A model generated the notes under the pieces. That model saw only the letters and a program-made list of their open reading frames with translations. It was not told the DNA's origin and searched no databases. A program made the translations under genes and the position numbers. A stretch of DNA of 34,251 bases from Fidelibacterota bacterium (lineage in GTDB: Bacteria > Fidelibacterota > Marinisomatia > Marinisomatales > UBA1611), in the NCBI GenBank assembly GCA_012964275.1, contig DTUG01000179.1:1-34251 (forward strand), given 5' to 3'. This document shows positions 33,389 through 34,251 of the stretch, piece by piece. Position 1 is the first letter of the stretch. Each line of letters starts with the position of its first letter.

Positions 33389-34251
33389 TCATTGCGACCG
33401 TATAACCGCTAAGCCTCTTTCTATAATATCAGAATATTGTGTACCGGTTGAGATCATTTCCTTTAACTGATGGTGAATTTCCATTGCCTTTTTTGATAAG
33501 TGTTTTTCAGTTAGGATCATTTCATAGATCTCCATCAGGAGAAGCCAATCATTAGGGAAGGAATTGTTTAATTTTTCTAGTACAGGGATATATTCTTTTT
33601 TTTCAATGTTCTTTTCTCTCATTTCCCTGACCATGCTATATAATTCGTTCAAGGATTTGTTCTCTTCAGTCAGGTTTGATGATTGACTAATAGTATTCTC
33701 TTTTTGTTTTTTATTTTTATAGTATGCTGTCCAGTCTGCTGGACCGCCAAATACTGAAACGATCCTGCTCCCGCAGGCAAGATCATATACTCCCCATTCA
33801 GGTCGGAACAAGAATTGGTTATTCAGTGTTACACTACAATCTTCAAGCGAAATCAATAATGGCGTGGCATTATTATAGTGTGTCTTGATTACGATTCCTG
33901 AAATCTTGATACCATTGGAAAAATGAATACTCACCGCATTATCATCGAAAATTCCCAGCCCCTGCAAATCTGTGCGACTGAGTTGATGCAGTGATTTACC
34001 AACATTTGAAATTATACCAACCGGCGCTCCAAATCCATCTGAATGATAATCAACACTGTGCCCTGAGATTTCATTATCATTGTAAGAGAGTTGGACAGGC
34101 CCAGTATATTTGATATAGGCAAGCTCATTACTATCAATGATCATAAGATCGGATAAAACACCTGAGACTTGCAGCCCTGAATCATAAACCGCTGTAGTTA
34201 CGGTTTCTGCAGTTTTTGCTTTTTTTAGTCCTAGGATTCCCCCTGTTTTGT
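33389..34251 (-). CDS. phhA: Long-form aromatic amino acid (phenylalanine 4-) hydroxylase, C-terminal part (5' end beyond the window)
   Basis: Frame stays open upstream of ATG 34144 to the window edge (KTGGILGLKKAKTAETVTTAVYDSGLQVSGVLSD...). GH...H.DGFGAPVG, LFRPEWG.YDLA.G..IVSVFGGPAD and PNDWLL.MEIYE match the C-terminal extension of Bacteroidetes/Bacillus-type hydroxylases. The catalytic domain is not visible. Confidence 0.78.
   Translation of the reverse strand, partial: KTGGILGLKKAKTAETVTTAVYDSGLQVSGVLSDLMIIDSNELAYIKYTGPVQLSYNDNEISGHSVDYHSDGFGAPVGIISNVGKSLHQLSRTDLQGLGIFDDNAVSIHFSNGIKISGIVIKTHYNNATPLLISLEDCSVTLNNQFLFRPEWGVYDLACGSRIVSVFGGPADWTAYYKNKKQKENTISQSSNLTEENKSLNELYSMVREMREKNIEKKEYIPVLEKLNNSFPNDWLLLMEIYEMILTEKHLSKKAMEIHHQLKEMISTGTQYSDIIERGLAVIRSQ

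Noticed and set aside
1-34251. Genome-wide UGA reassignment (genetic code 4/25)
   Set aside because: Several genes end at TGA at their expected C-termini (lrp, sfsA, nbaC, nbaD, bcp) and Trp is encoded by TGG; only one in-frame TGA was found.
1-34251. CRISPR arrays, tRNA/rRNA, IS elements, prophage or defence systems
   Set aside because: No repeat-spacer periodicity, no cloverleaf-like segment noticed in the short intergenic gaps, and no transposase/integrase/defence motifs seen by eye. SfsA and HIT are ordinary housekeeping-type genes here.

Overview
Gene-dense bacterial chromosomal segment with no rRNA, tRNA, CRISPR array, IS/integrase or prophage gene recognised. Gene content (Bacteroidetes-like TonB receptor, Big_5 lipoprotein, long PhhA, long TDO) suggests an FCB-superphylum organism, possibly Marinimicrobia-like; this is inference only. 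Layout: (1) minus-strand envelope run lpxH-like > HEAT lipoprotein > modular secreted protein > TonB-dependent receptor (cut by the window edge). (2) Divergent metallopeptidase/beta-propeller/Omp85 fusion, radA, tgt, a NUDIX gene, a BCP peroxiredoxin and a membrane protein. (3) Minus-strand Lrp > aminotransferase > hppD > fahA > hmgA > flavin-reductase-like > degenerate adenylation protein (Tyr/Phe catabolism). (4) sfsA, Ig-like lipoprotein, manC, small protein, EF-G2, HIT, small membrane protein, Na+:solute symporter. (5) Seven-gene kynurenine (Trp catabolism) operon converging on the 3' half of a long-form phenylalanine hydroxylase. The ORF track misses or miscalls the most notable points: the BCP has an in-frame UGA at the peroxidatic Cys followed by a SECIS-like hairpin (selenoprotein); hppD appears to need a non-canonical AUC start behind AAGGAG; Tgt has lost all four zinc ligands; the symporter carries a C-terminal CDC48-N-like double-psi barrel; and the hmg operon lacks a maleylacetoacetate isomerase but ends in a P-loop-less adenylation pseudo-enzyme.
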